DNA of 64,000 nucleotides from Chthonomonadales bacterium (GCA_037443035.1 JBBIPC010000013.1:9736-73735); one strand, 5' to 3'; positions 1 to 11,388 are shown, numbered from the stretch's first letter. Notes: generated by a model from the letters alone, not told the origin. Made by a program: numbers and translations.

Positions 1-992
1 TGCTCGCGCTGCTCGTAGCCGGTCTCGTCCTGGGCCCCGCTGAGACGGGCATATCGCCCAGAGATGTCGGCTCCGTGCTCCTCTCCCACGTCCCGCTGCC
101 GTCCGCACTCCGTCCATCTCCGCCCGAAGAGACGGCCCAGGCCATCGTCTGGGACGTACGCCTCCCCCGAGTCTTCACCGCGGCCCTGGTCGGTGCGCTG
201 CTGGCTCTCGCCGGTGTCGCGTTCCAAGGGTTGCTGATGAACCCGCTGGCCGATCCCTACACTGTCGGTGCGTCAGCCGGGGCGGCCGTCGGCGCTGCAG
301 CGGCCGAAGTCCTGGGCGTCGGCATGCTCGTTGGAGGTCTTGTCGGCACAATGGCTGCGTTCCTGTCGGCAGTCGCGGCAGCAACGCTTGTGTACGCTCT
401 AGCGCGTGTGGGAGGGCGCGTGTCGGTACAAACGTTTCTCCTCGCCGGTGTCGTCGTTGGGACGATGCTGTGGTCTCTCATCCCCTTGCTAATGGTGCTC
501 GCCGGACGCGCCGATGACCTGCAGCGGATCTACTTCTACTTGATCGGAAGCCTCCAGGGCGCTGACTGGACACGTGCTGTTCTTCTGACACCGTTCGCTC
601 TCATCACCGGCGGTGTACTGTGGGCGTGGTCACGCGAGCTGAACCTCATGACGCTGGGTGAGGAGAGTGCTTTTCACCTGGGTGTCCCTGTGGAGTCCTA
701 CAAACGGCTGGTTCTGGCGCTGGGTGCCCTCGCCACCGCCGCAGCCGTGTCCGTGGGCGGCATCATCGGCTTCGTAGGACTGGTCGTGCCCCACGTCGCC
801 AGGCGTTTCGTAGGACCGGACCACCGACAGCTCTTGCCTGTGGCCGCGCTCGCGGGTGCCTCCTTGCTTGTCGCTTCAGACTTGGTAGTCCGGGTATGGC
901 TCAACGATATGCCCGTAGGAGTCATCACAGCCATTGTGGGCGCACCGGTGTTCTGCGTGCTCATCCGGCGTCGTCAAGCTGCCGCTTGGTAG
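1..992 (+). CDS. FecCD/BtuC-family iron-siderophore/cobalamin ABC transporter permease (5'-truncated by window)
   Basis: Frame open from window start; motifs IVWDVRLPR, FQGLLMNPLADPY, LGEESAFHLGV, GIIGFVGLVVPH. Confidence 0.92.
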   Translation, partial: LALLVAGLVLGPAETGISPRDVGSVLLSHVPLPSALRPSPPEETAQAIVWDVRLPRVFTAALVGALLALAGVAFQGLLMNPLADPYTVGASAGAAVGAAAAEVLGVGMLVGGLVGTMAAFLSAVAAATLVYALARVGGRVSVQTFLLAGVVVGTMLWSLIPLLMVLAGRADDLQRIYFYLIGSLQGADWTRAVLLTPFALITGGVLWAWSRELNLMTLGEESAFHLGVPVESYKRLVLALGALATAAAVSVGGIIGFVGLVVPHVARRFVGPDHRQLLPVAALAGASLLVASDLVVRVWLNDMPVGVITAIVGAPVFCVLIRRRQAAAW

Positions 993-995
993 CTC

Positions 996-1724
996 CTACC
1001 TTGCCACAGCAACAACGTACACTTGCGCTGCCCCGGCCTCCTTTAGTACGCGACTGCACTCCGCCACGGTGTGCATCGTCGTCAGAACATCGTCAACGAG
1101 CAGAACATGGCGTCCGCGAACCACATCAGCATCCACCACGGCGAACGCGTTCCGCACGTTTTCTGCGCGTTGCTCCGCGCTAAGGCTTACCTGCGGACGT
1201 GTGCGCCGAATGCGCTGCAGCGCCTTCGTGTCCATAGGCCAAGCTCGGTCACCCACGAACGCCCGCGCAAGCAGCTCGGACTGGTTGAAGCCCCGTTCGC
1301 GCAACCGGCTCCGGTGCAGAGGAACCGGCAGAACCACATCAGGCTCATGCGGAAGACGTATCGCTCCCGGTCCAGCCTCTCGCATCCATGCGCCCAGGAC
1401 CGCAGCGACGCCGCGCCTACCATCGTACTTGAGCCGATGGATGGCGATGCGGAGCGTACCGTCGTAATGACCCCGGGCGCGAGCCCAGTCGAAGTGAAGC
1501 GGCGCCAGGAGGCGACAGTCCGTGCACAACCCTCTCCCGCCATCGCCCTCCCCCAGGGGGACTCCGCAACGCCTACATACCGCATCGGACTGTCTGCCGA
1601 AGGATTGTAGGCATTGTGCGCACACAACGTCAGCACCCAGCTCCCCGCAGACAGCGCAGCGCTTTGGATAAAGGAGCGACAGAAGGCCGTCCCATAGGAA
1701 AGAAAGGTGGTCTCTCGAGTACAT
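996..1724 (-). CDS. comF: ComF family protein (double zinc ribbon + phosphoribosyltransferase domain)
   Basis: LLYPKRCAVC...CRRC Zn ribbon, VPLHRSRLRERGFNQS, LLVDDVLTT; start placed at MYSRDH (approximate). Confidence 0.9.
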   Translation of the reverse strand: MYSRDHLSFLWDGLLSLLYPKRCAVCGELGADVVCAQCLQSFGRQSDAVCRRCGVPLGEGDGGRGLCTDCRLLAPLHFDWARARGHYDGTLRIAIHRLKYDGRRGVAAVLGAWMREAGPGAIRLPHEPDVVLPVPLHRSRLRERGFNQSELLARAFVGDRAWPMDTKALQRIRRTRPQVSLSAEQRAENVRNAFAVVDADVVRGRHVLLVDDVLTTMHTVAECSRVLKEAGAAQVYVVAVAR

Positions 1725-1807
1725 ACTGCGCCCTCGTGGTTTTTCGTCGTTGTGCGGATTGCCTGCCTTTAATTGCCACCTTCTTCGGCTTTGGTGCTCC
1801 ATTGCCC

Positions 1808-1836
1808 TTGACATAGGCTCGAAAGAGTGTTACTAT
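1808..1836 (+). promoter_or_regulatory. sigma70-type promoter of PEP-CTERM gene
   Basis: TTGACA (1808-1813), 17 bp spacer, TACTAT (1831-1836) with TG extended -10. Confidence 0.7.
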
Positions 1837-1913
1837 AGTGCACTCGTGCGTTCCGCGCGGGAGAGGGTTGGTGAGTCGCCGGCCCAAGCTCACTGGAAGG
1901 GAGTTTCAGGCTC

Positions 1914-2588
1914 ATGATAATGAGACCGGCTATGAGACGCTCCAGCTGGAGCAGCATACTCGTCGTTGTCGCATTCGTGTTCGCAGTGCTTCCTGTGCGT
2001 GCAAAGGCTATTGGACCGGCGATCGATTTCACTCAGATTGGCAGCCTCATCAACAACTGGAACCCCAACACCAATGGTTTCAGCCTGGGATGGGAGTTCG
2101 ACGTCCTGCAGCCTATCACGATCGCGCGGTTGGGATACTTCAACTACGGTCCCAACGGCCAAGGCATCACGACACCCCATCAGGTTGGTATCTTCGATGC
2201 CAACGGGTTCCTACTTGTCTCGGCGACTGTGAATCCTGGCGACCCTGTTCAGGGACTCTGGGCATGGCATAGCCTGGCGTCACCGTTCACACTGCCAGTC
2301 GGAACAGGATACCGTATCGCCGGCCTCACGGGTCCGACCGACCTCTACACGTATTCGGTGCCGAGCATCACGGTGGATCCGAGCATCATCTACGTGCGCA
2401 ACCGCTATATCCGGACGCCCACTGGCCAGCTGATCAACCCCCTGTACACCACCAGCGCTTACCCGGGCTACCATTTCTTCGGCCCCAACATGGACATCGT
2501 TCCGGAGCCAGCGCTCGTGCAGTTACCGTTCCTTCTGGGGATGGCTGGCCTGGGTTATTGGAAGAGACGCCGCACCGCGAAGACGTAA
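1914..2588 (+). CDS. PEP-CTERM sorting-domain surface protein with DUF4082-like domain
   Basis: Signal peptide ending AKA; GFSLGWEFDV...HQVGIFD; C-terminal VPEPALVQLPFLLGMAGLGYWKRRR. Confidence 0.85.
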   Translation: MIMRPAMRRSSWSSILVVVAFVFAVLPVRAKAIGPAIDFTQIGSLINNWNPNTNGFSLGWEFDVLQPITIARLGYFNYGPNGQGITTPHQVGIFDANGFLLVSATVNPGDPVQGLWAWHSLASPFTLPVGTGYRIAGLTGPTDLYTYSVPSITVDPSIIYVRNRYIRTPTGQLINPLYTTSAYPGYHFFGPNMDIVPEPALVQLPFLLGMAGLGYWKRRRTAKT

Positions 2589-2614
2589 GAGCCTTACGCG
2601 GTTACCAGAAATCG

Positions 2615-2639
2615 AGGGCGGACCCTGCCGGTCCGCCCT
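2615..2639. terminator. Stem-loop between convergent genes (possible bidirectional terminator)
   Basis: AGGGCGGACC-ctgcc-GGTCCGCCCT, perfect 10 bp stem; no long U tract. Confidence 0.6.
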
Positions 2640-2663
2640 TCGTCGCTTACGAGAGTTCGGGCG

Positions 2664-3542
2664 TCAGCTCCTCAGGGCTTCGGCGCCGCCGACGATCTCC
2701 GAGATCTCCTTCGTGATCGCAGCCTGACGTGCTCGGTTCAGGGCGAGCGTCAGACCCGAGATCATCTTCGTAGCGTTGTCCGTGGCGGCACTCATGGAGG
2801 TCATACGGGCTCCATGCTCGCTGGCGGTCGATTCCAGCATGGCGTAGTAGATACGCGCTGCGACGTACCTCGGCAGCAATGCCTCCACTAGCTGACGCGT
2901 TGGCGGCTCGCTCAAGTACTCGACAGCAGCCTCCACGGCCTGTCCAGTGCCTGGCGGCATAATGGGCAGCAACTGCTCGATGGTCGGCCTTTGCGTCAGA
3001 GGGCTCACGAACTGTGTGTAGATCATGTGCACTTCGTCCAGTTCGCCCCCGAGGAAGGCTTGCCGGAACGTGTCCGCCAGGGCAGCAGCGTTTCGGTACT
3101 CCAGTTGGCTGGAGTCCTCCACAGGCCCTTGGAGCATCTCGAAACCGCGCCTTCGAAAGAACAAACGCCCGCGTCTGCCAACCACCATGAGACGGACGCG
3201 GTCAGCGCCAAACTGCCCGACGGTCTGCTGAGCCAGCCTGATGACGCCTGAGTTGTACGAGCCGCAAAGCCCCCGGTCCGCCGTGATCACCAGCAACCCG
3301 ACGTGCGAGCTGGTCTCCCGAGACCTGGCAAGTGGCGGCAAGGAGTCCGGCTCCCGGGTGCCTAAGCTTCCCAGGAGACTACCCACAAGCTCCGCCATAT
3401 CCTCCGAATAAGGGCGGGACGCCATCAGTCGGTCCTGTGCCTTCTTCAGGCGGGCCGCGGCGACCATCTCCATGGCGCCAGTGATCTGTGCTATGTTGCC
3501 TGCGACCCGGATTCTGTTCCGGATCTGACGCATGGTTGCCAT
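2664..3542 (-). CDS. atpG: ATP synthase F1 subunit gamma
   Basis: QITGAMEMVAAARL, ITADRGLCGSYN, SEHGARMTSMSAATDNA, RQAAITKEISEIVGGAEAL. Confidence 0.97.
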   Translation of the reverse strand: MATMRQIRNRIRVAGNIAQITGAMEMVAAARLKKAQDRLMASRPYSEDMAELVGSLLGSLGTREPDSLPPLARSRETSSHVGLLVITADRGLCGSYNSGVIRLAQQTVGQFGADRVRLMVVGRRGRLFFRRRGFEMLQGPVEDSSQLEYRNAAALADTFRQAFLGGELDEVHMIYTQFVSPLTQRPTIEQLLPIMPPGTGQAVEAAVEYLSEPPTRQLVEALLPRYVAARIYYAMLESTASEHGARMTSMSAATDNATKMISGLTLALNRARQAAITKEISEIVGGAEALRS

Positions 3543-3637
3543 CTTGGATACTCGTCTTCCGTTCTATGGACTGTCGTTGTGGGCAGGCGTCAGTATACCT
3601 CCCGACCGCGACAACGACTTCTCGCTCCTTTCGACCC

Positions 3638-3868
3638 CCGGTCGTTGAGTGGCCCGGCGCGAAGCGGACGGGGCGTATCGAAACGACCGGCACAGAGAAC
3701 ACCCCGCTGCATACTACCGGTGGTTTCGATACGTCCCGATGGCCATCGGGACTACTCAACCACCGGATCCACAGCCCCCACCTGATGCAGACGGTTGCCG
3801 ACTGCCCCTGTGCTACCGGTCGTTGAGTGGCCCGGCGCGAAGCGGACGGGGCGTATCGAAACGACCGG
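3638..3868. repeat. Cluster of three REP-like palindromic units in alternating orientation (BIME-like)
   Basis: Identical 53 bp units at 3638-3690 and 3816-3868 (CCGGTCGTTGAGTGGCCCG...CGGGGCGTATCGAAACGACCGG) flank an inverted variant at 3717-3766. Confidence 0.9.
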
Positions 3869-4071
3869 CCTACGAGCGTCCTGGCGGCCTTCTTAGCAGA
3901 ATCCATGAAAGTGATGAAGGATTCCGCCTTGCCGCGGCGTATTGCTAGCTGTCGGAACGCCATGCCGTCCGATGGACCATCCAGGCGGCAGAGCGACCTA
4001 GCGACGGCGCGAGACCGCCATGCACGGTCGCGCGTGCGAGTCGTGCACAAACCATAGGAGGTACAGGAGCA

Positions 4072-4869
4072 ATGCGGAAAGGCTTCACACTGATCGAGCT
4101 GCTGGTCGTGATCGCCATTATAGCGATTCTGGCAGCCATCCTCTTCCCAGTGTTCGCCCAGGCACGTGAGAAAGCCAGGGCCATCAGTTGTATCTCGAAC
4201 ATGAAGCAACTCGGGTTGGCATTCCGCATGTACGCCCAGGACTGGGATGAGCGGAACGTCATGGGCTGGCATGGTTACCACTACAACAAGTACAACGAGG
4301 GACCCGGCCGCTTCTGGTGGCAGCATGGTATCTTCCCGTACGTCAAGAATGTCTGGCTGTTCGCGTGTCCCAGCGTCTCCAATCCAGTGTTCGGTGGCGA
4401 GACGGGGCCGGTGAGTAGCTGGATCAACCCCACCGACTCCAGCTATCGGTATGAGTCCGGCATCGGCCTGAACTGGTACACACCCCAGTGGACCGACGCT
4501 GGCCAGTGGGGCTTCGGACTGAGCGGGCAGCCGGTGGGATCCCAAGCGTTCGGAGGCGTGACCGACGGAGCAGTCAACGTGCCAGCTGAGAGAATAGTGC
4601 TGCTCGAGACTCAGAACGCTGTCGTTGGCGGGCCTAACCCCGGGCTGGCCAACTGCTGCGGCTTGCGCACGAGCTACGCCGACTGGGCGAGCGGTGTCGA
4701 AGAGGCCACGTACGGTGGCTACTTCGGCAAGGCCCGACACCAGGAGATGATGAACCTAGCGTTCTATGACGGCCATGCGAAAGCCATGCGCCCGCGCAGT
4801 ATACCCGAGGCCTACTTCGACATCCAGGACTGCTATCAGCGCAGTGACTTGTGCTGGTCTTGGCGGTAA
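4072..4869 (+). CDS. Prepilin-type N-terminal cleavage/methylation protein, DUF1559 family with H-X9-DG motif
   Basis: [46 protein letters not shown]-terminal [24 protein letters not shown]. Confidence 0.95.
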   Translation: MRKGFTLIELLVVIAIIAILAAILFPVFAQAREKARAISCISNMKQLGLAFRMYAQDWDERNVMGWHGYHYNKYNEGPGRFWWQHGIFPYVKNVWLFACPSVSNPVFGGETGPVSSWINPTDSSYRYESGIGLNWYTPQWTDAGQWGFGLSGQPVGSQAFGGVTDGAVNVPAERIVLLETQNAVVGGPNPGLANCCGLRTSYADWASGVEEATYGGYFGKARHQEMMNLAFYDGHAKAMRPRSIPEAYFDIQDCYQRSDLCWSWR

Positions 4870-4898
4870 CGCTTCGGCGCACCTGGGCTAGCACCTGA

Positions 4899-4938
4899 CC
4901 GAAGGGGGTCTGTGCGCACCGACCCAGACCCCCTTCGG
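4899..4938 (+). terminator. Strong stem-loop downstream of DUF1559 gene
   Basis: CCGAAGGGGGTCTG-12 nt-CAGACCCCCTTCGG, perfect 14 bp stem, no U tract. Confidence 0.6.
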
Positions 4939-4979
4939 ACACGCCGAACGGAGAGCGCTTTGGCTATGGAGATCCAACG

Positions 4980-5210
4980 ATGACGATCAAGATCAGTCTG
5001 CCGGTGGCCATCACCGTGGCCGTACTGGCAGTTGCCATTCTGGGCTTCGTGGCCTGGAAGTACTTGGCGCCTGAGTCTATTCCGCGGGACGAGAAGGGGA
5101 ACCCGACGCAGGTAGCGCCGCGGGAAGCACAGTCGGGCTTCAACGCCATGCAGAATCTGTGGAAACAGGGCGTCAGGCCATCTGCCAATCAGACGCAGCC
5201 ACCGCGATGA
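4980..5210 (+). CDS. Small single-TM hypothetical protein (76 aa)
   Basis: GGAG RBS; N-terminal hydrophobic helix ISLPVAITVAVLAVAILGFVAWKY, then Pro/Gln-rich tail. Confidence 0.75.
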   Translation: MTIKISLPVAITVAVLAVAILGFVAWKYLAPESIPRDEKGNPTQVAPREAQSGFNAMQNLWKQGVRPSANQTQPPR

Positions 5211-5458
5211 AGAGCCGGGTTCACCCCATAGTTGCTGTTCTTATCATTCTGCTGGTCCTCGGTGTTGTGGCTTTCCTCTACACGAAGGTTTTCACCGGAC
5301 AGGTGGAGGGAATCGTCGGGCCACCCTCCAACGTCAGTACGCCGCCTGCGCCTTCCAACCCTAACGAAGGACCGATGAAGCCCCGGCCCAAGGGGGACTC
5401 CAAACCGGCTACTTCGGACCACAGCCAAGCTGCACCTTCTCACAGCAGCCATCGCTAG
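5207..5458 (+). CDS. Small single-TM hypothetical protein (83 aa)
   Basis: ATGA overlap with upstream gene; MKSRVHPIVAVLIILLVLGVVAFLY then Pro-rich tail. Confidence 0.75.
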   Translation: MKSRVHPIVAVLIILLVLGVVAFLYTKVFTGQVEGIVGPPSNVSTPPAPSNPNEGPMKPRPKGDSKPATSDHSQAAPSHSSHR

Positions 5459-5566
5459 ACGCTTTCACGCATCAGCGGGCAATGCCAGGCGGGCGGTGGA
5501 GTATGCATCTCCCGCGAGGAGGGAGGTAGTCTCGTCGCCTCGGCCGGACTGCACCGGGAACGAACG

Positions 5567-5596
5567 TTGACTCAGATACGTGATGGGCAGTAGCAT
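5567..5596 (+). promoter_or_regulatory. Putative sigma70 promoter of sugar dehydrogenase-nusB-folD-mscS unit
   Basis: TTGACT-18 bp-TAGCAT; AAGGAG RBS before ATG 5640. Confidence 0.5.
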
Positions 5597-5639
5597 AACG
5601 GTCGAGCATTACGGACGCCGACCATCCTAAGGAGAAGCT

Positions 5640-7283
5640 ATGAGGGAAGTATCTGTCAGTCCAGAAGGTCAGCAGTTCCCGATTCCCGCGGCGGAGGACT
5701 ACGGTCCCGAGTACGCGCGGCTCGAACGGCTCGCATCGGAAGCTCGAGAGCAGGGCAGGGAAGTCGTGGTTGTCATGGGGGTAGGCTTCGTGGGAGCTGT
5801 CATGGCAGCCATCATCGCCGATACTGTGGACAAGAGCAGCGGCCGGCCGAGCAAGTTTGTCATCGGTTGTCAGCGCCCGAGCACCCGGAGCTACTGGAAG
5901 ATCCCCATCCTCAACCGAGGCCTCTCGCCGGTAACAGCCGAGGATCCCGAGGTGGCGCCCATGATCGCCCGATGCGTGCTCGAGAAGAGGACCCTGACGG
6001 CCACCTACAACCCCGACTGCCTGAAACTCGCCGATTGTGTAGTCGTGGACGTTCAATGCGACTACACGAAGAACGCCCTGGGCAATCTCGCGGACGGCAC
6101 AGTGGAGATGCGAGCGCTGGAGGAAACCCTTCGTACCATCGGTGAGAAGATCTCGCCCGAATGCCTCGTGCTCATCGAGACCACCGTCGCGCCCGGCACC
6201 ACAGAGTACGTCGCCTATCCTATCCTCAAGAGAGCTTTCGAGAAGCGCGGCATCGCGGCGTCACCACTGCTCGCCCATAGCTTCGAGCGTGTCATGCCGG
6301 GTCGTAACTACGTCGCGTCCATTCGCGATTTCTGGAGAGTGTGCTCAGGATGCACGCCGGAAGCTCGCGGCCGCGTTGTGAAGTTCCTCAGCGAGGTTCT
6401 CAACACCGAGGACTACCCCCTGACGGTCATGGATCGGCCCATCGAGTCCGAGACTACGAAGATTGTGGAGAACTCCTACCGGGCGACCATCCTGGCCTTC
6501 TTGAACGAGTGGAGCCTCTTCGCCGAACGGAATGGGGTGGACTTGATCAAGGTGATCAACGCTATCAAGGTCCGACCGACCCATAGCAACATCATCTTCC
6601 CTGGTCCCGGCATCGGCGGATATTGCCTGCCCAAAGACGGCGGACTGGGCCGGTGGGCCTACGAACACATCCTGGGCTTCGAGGACGATATCTTCACGAT
6701 CACCACGCAGGCCATCAACATCAATGACACGAGAGGACTGCACGTCGCTGCCCTGACGCGGGACGCCCTCCGTAATATGGGCCGATCCGTTACTGCGGCA
6801 CCTATTCTCCTCTGCGGCGCCAGCTACAGAGAGGACGTGGGAGATACGCGCTATAGCGGCTCGGAGTTGATTGTACGCAAGCTCACGGAGATGGGGGCCG
6901 ATATGCGCGTCCACGACCCCTATGTCGAGCACTGGTACGAGCTGGAGAACCAGGACACGTATCCCGCCGTCGGGCACTCGCTCAAACGGTTCTTCCGGAA
7001 TCAGGACATCCTGACCGAGATCCGCGTCCAGCATGATCTGAAGCAGGCCCTCCATGGAGTCACAGCACTGATCCTCGCTGTGCGCCATGAGCCGTATCTC
7101 GAGCTGGATCCCGACACGGTGGTCCAGGATGCTGGCGGACCGTTGGCCGTCATTGACTGCTTCGGCATCCTGTCCGATGACAAGATCCGCCGCTATTTCG
7201 AGCTCGGATGCGAGGTGAAAGCCCTGGGGCGCGGCCACATCCAGCGGATCAAGGAAGCCGTGCGCGCATCCCGATCGCGCTAG
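5640..7283 (+). CDS. Nucleotide-sugar dehydrogenase (UDP-glucose/GDP-mannose dehydrogenase family)
   Basis: Rossmann MGVGFVG, IETTVAPGTT, ERVMPG, KIVENSYRA, catalytic GPGIGGYCLPKD. Confidence 0.9.
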   Translation: MREVSVSPEGQQFPIPAAEDYGPEYARLERLASEAREQGREVVVVMGVGFVGAVMAAIIADTVDKSSGRPSKFVIGCQRPSTRSYWKIPILNRGLSPVTAEDPEVAPMIARCVLEKRTLTATYNPDCLKLADCVVVDVQCDYTKNALGNLADGTVEMRALEETLRTIGEKISPECLVLIETTVAPGTTEYVAYPILKRAFEKRGIAASPLLAHSFERVMPGRNYVASIRDFWRVCSGCTPEARGRVVKFLSEVLNTEDYPLTVMDRPIESETTKIVENSYRATILAFLNEWSLFAERNGVDLIKVINAIKVRPTHSNIIFPGPGIGGYCLPKDGGLGRWAYEHILGFEDDIFTITTQAININDTRGLHVAALTRDALRNMGRSVTAAPILLCGASYREDVGDTRYSGSELIVRKLTEMGADMRVHDPYVEHWYELENQDTYPAVGHSLKRFFRNQDILTEIRVQHDLKQALHGVTALILAVRHEPYLELDPDTVVQDAGGPLAVIDCFGILSDDKIRRYFELGCEVKALGRGHIQRIKEAVRASRSR

Positions 7284-7286
7284 CCT

Positions 7287-8096
7287 ATGCCTGACTATCG
7301 GCGTGCTGCTCGCGAACTGGCCTTGAGGGTTCTGTTTCAGGCGGATGTGGGTCAGCAGCCGGTCCGTGAGGTTATTGGCGGCGCCTTGGATCAGCTCACC
7401 GCCAGCGTTCGCTCTGGCCTGACAATGGCCGTGCGCCAGGCCGAGCGGCGTATGGGTGCAGCTCAGGATCCACCTTTGGTTCTCGTCTCCCAAACGACGA
7501 GACGGGAGCGCACGCGGGTACGACGCAACGTAGCGAAACAACTGCAGGCCGCCGCCGATGAGCTCGCTGCCCTCGTAGAACAGGCGCTTCAGCTCCATCC
7601 GTCCTTGACCGCCGACGAAGTCCTCGGGAGGTTCGATGGCGTCGTGGCTCCGTCTCTGAGGAAAGCGGAGCGTATCCTGGCCCGAGCGTTGCTCCCCGCA
7701 GACGAGATTAGCGGTTACGAGGACTGTGTCCGAGAAGCGGTGCGGGCCATGCGAAGGACGATGGAGAAGCGGTTGCCCGTTGCCAGAGCAACGGCTGATC
7801 TGCTCATCCGTCTGGCTGGTGGTGCATCGCGTTACCGCGAGGAGCTGGCCCGCCGTCTCAACGTCCTGACCGGAGAATGGCCGCTGGACCGGCAGGCCTC
7901 CGCCGACCGCAACATCCTGCGTCTGGCCGCGTTCGAACTCCTGTACTGCCCGGAGACGCCGCCCGCCGTGGTCATCAACGAAGCCGTCGAGCTTGCCAAG
8001 CGATATGGAACCGAAGAGAGCCCGCGTTTCGTCAATGGAGTGCTCTCCGCACTGGCAGCGCAGGAAGACAGAATATTGCCGGGAGGTGCGCCGTGA
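7287..8096 (+). CDS. nusB: Transcription antitermination factor NusB with long internal insertion
   Basis: [14 protein letters not shown] at N-terminus; [12 protein letters not shown]...[22 protein letters not shown]; directly upstream of folD. Confidence 0.88.
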   Translation: MPDYRRAARELALRVLFQADVGQQPVREVIGGALDQLTASVRSGLTMAVRQAERRMGAAQDPPLVLVSQTTRRERTRVRRNVAKQLQAAADELAALVEQALQLHPSLTADEVLGRFDGVVAPSLRKAERILARALLPADEISGYEDCVREAVRAMRRTMEKRLPVARATADLLIRLAGGASRYREELARRLNVLTGEWPLDRQASADRNILRLAAFELLYCPETPPAVVINEAVELAKRYGTEESPRFVNGVLSALAAQEDRILPGGAP

Positions 8097-8956
8097 GTGT
8101 GCTGCTCGATGGCCGAGAGATCGCCCGGGTCGTGCGGGCCGAAGTGAAGGATCGCGTAGAAGCGCTGGTCCGGCAGGGCTATCCGGCTCCGCATCTCGCC
8201 GCAGTCCTGGTGGGCGATGACCCCGCATCCCACACCTATGTCTCCATGAAGAGCAAGGCGTGCGGATGGGTCGGCATCCGATCGTCCGTCCACCTGTTGC
8301 CGGCCACGGCGTCTCAGGCTGACGTTGCAGGGCTGGTGGATCGACTCGATGCCGACCCGAACGTGAACGGCATTCTGATCCAGCATCCTCTCCCCGGACA
8401 CCTGGACGAACAGGCCATCCTGGACCGAGTCAGTCTCGGAAAAGACGTGGACGGCCTGAGCTCGGCCAGTCTTGGCGCGCTGGTGACTGGACGGCAGGCG
8501 TTTCGCGCATGCACCCCGCTGGGCATCATGGAGCTGCTCAACCGCTACCAGATACCGATAGAGGGGAAAGAGGCCGTCGTCGTGGGCAGGAGTATCATTC
8601 TCGGCAAGCCTGTGGCGCTACTCCTGCTCGCCAGGCATGCCACCGTAACGCTATGCCACTCGCGAACGACCCATCTAGCGGATGTCACGCGACGAGCGGA
8701 CATCTTGGTGGCGGCCGTGGGCAAGCCAGAGCTGATCAAAGGCGACATGATCAAGCCAGGTGCTGTCGTTGTGGACGCTGGGTACAACCGCGTGGAGGGA
8801 CGCAAGGGCGACGTCGGTGACGTGGAGTTCGCGACGGCGGCGGCTCGCGCGTCCCACATTACGCCGGTACCGGGCGGCGTCGGCCCCATGACGATTGCCA
8901 TGCTCCTGAGGAACACATTGGCGGCAGCCGAGGCCGCATACGGGGTCACCACGTGA
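8093..8956 (+). CDS. folD: Methylenetetrahydrofolate dehydrogenase/cyclohydrolase
   Basis: GTG start with GTGA overlap and [44 protein letters not shown]. Confidence 0.97.
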   Translation: MSVLLDGREIARVVRAEVKDRVEALVRQGYPAPHLAAVLVGDDPASHTYVSMKSKACGWVGIRSSVHLLPATASQADVAGLVDRLDADPNVNGILIQHPLPGHLDEQAILDRVSLGKDVDGLSSASLGALVTGRQAFRACTPLGIMELLNRYQIPIEGKEAVVVGRSIILGKPVALLLLARHATVTLCHSRTTHLADVTRRADILVAAVGKPELIKGDMIKPGAVVVDAGYNRVEGRKGDVGDVEFATAAARASHITPVPGGVGPMTIAMLLRNTLAAAEAAYGVTT

Positions 8957-9804
8957 GGCATTGGTTCAGTCAGGCGACGTGGGAGCAGTTCTGGGCATCG
9001 GCCGTCCAGGCGCTAGCTACCACTGGCCTTCGACTGGCCATCATCCTCATCGTCTACTGGCTTGCGAAGCATGCTCTCTTTCGAGTCGTTGATGCCACCT
9101 TGTCGCGCCTGTACAATCGCAGCGCGGAAAGGCTGGGCGCCGAGGATCGCGCCAAGCGCATTCTGACCCTCCAGACGCTCGTGCGCAGCCTCATTGGCTA
9201 CGTGCTGTTCTTCGTCCTCATCCTAACGGTGCTGCAGACCCTCAGCGTGAACATCACCGGTATCCTGACTACGGCGGGAGTGGCCGGCGTTGCCGTCGGT
9301 TTCGGCGCCCAGAAGCTCGTTCGAGACGTCATCAGCGGCTTCTTCATCGTGACGGAAGACCAGTTTGCGGTCGGCGATTATGTCACCATCGGCCAGGCCA
9401 CGGGAGTCGTCGAGGAAATGGGCTTGAGGACCACGCGCATTCGCGACGATAAGGGCCGCGTCTGGGCGATTGCCAATGGGGACATCAGCGTCGTTGTCAA
9501 TCACTCCAGAGGCCCCGTGGTTACAACGCTGGACATCGTTCTACCAGCGACAGCGAATGTGGACGCTGTGTCTGTTGCGATCCACGAAGCGGGAGCGAAC
9601 CTCGCCCAAGCCAAACCGGACCTGCTCACAGCGGCGCCCATTGTAGAAGGCGTCGCGGCATTCGACGCTGCGAGTATCACCTTGCGGGTCCGAATCAGCG
9701 CAAGGCCGGAGAAGGTCGCTGCCGCCGAGATGCTACTCCGGGACCACATCCGGGACATTCTGACAGAAGCTGGCATTCTCAGCGCACCGCAGCCGGCGTC
9801 CTGA
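8953..9804 (+). CDS. Small-conductance mechanosensitive channel (MscS family)
   Basis: GVAVGFGAQKLVRDVISGFFI..EDQFAVGDYV, GVVEEMGLRTTRIRD. Confidence 0.92.
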   Translation: MRHWFSQATWEQFWASAVQALATTGLRLAIILIVYWLAKHALFRVVDATLSRLYNRSAERLGAEDRAKRILTLQTLVRSLIGYVLFFVLILTVLQTLSVNITGILTTAGVAGVAVGFGAQKLVRDVISGFFIVTEDQFAVGDYVTIGQATGVVEEMGLRTTRIRDDKGRVWAIANGDISVVVNHSRGPVVTTLDIVLPATANVDAVSVAIHEAGANLAQAKPDLLTAAPIVEGVAAFDAASITLRVRISARPEKVAAAEMLLRDHIRDILTEAGILSAPQPAS

Positions 9805-9875
9805 TACCTCGGATGTAGCGGGAATCGCGGGCGTGGCACCTCCGTATTGTCATGTTGTGCATCGCCTTTTCGCGG

Positions 9876-11384
<1,509 letters not shown>

Positions 11385-11388
11385 CGCC

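Noticed and set aside
3638..3868. Possible mini CRISPR array
   Set aside because: Units are 50-53 bp and alternate in orientation, spacers are unequal (26 and 49 bp), and there are no cas genes; fits REP/BIME better
3379..4740. 453-aa minus-strand ORF
   Set aside because: Antisense to the DUF1559 gene, runs through the repeats and overlaps atpG out of frame; no motifs
6345..8228. 627-aa minus-strand ORF
   Set aside because: Antisense shadow of the sugar dehydrogenase, nusB and folD, as expected in GC-rich DNA
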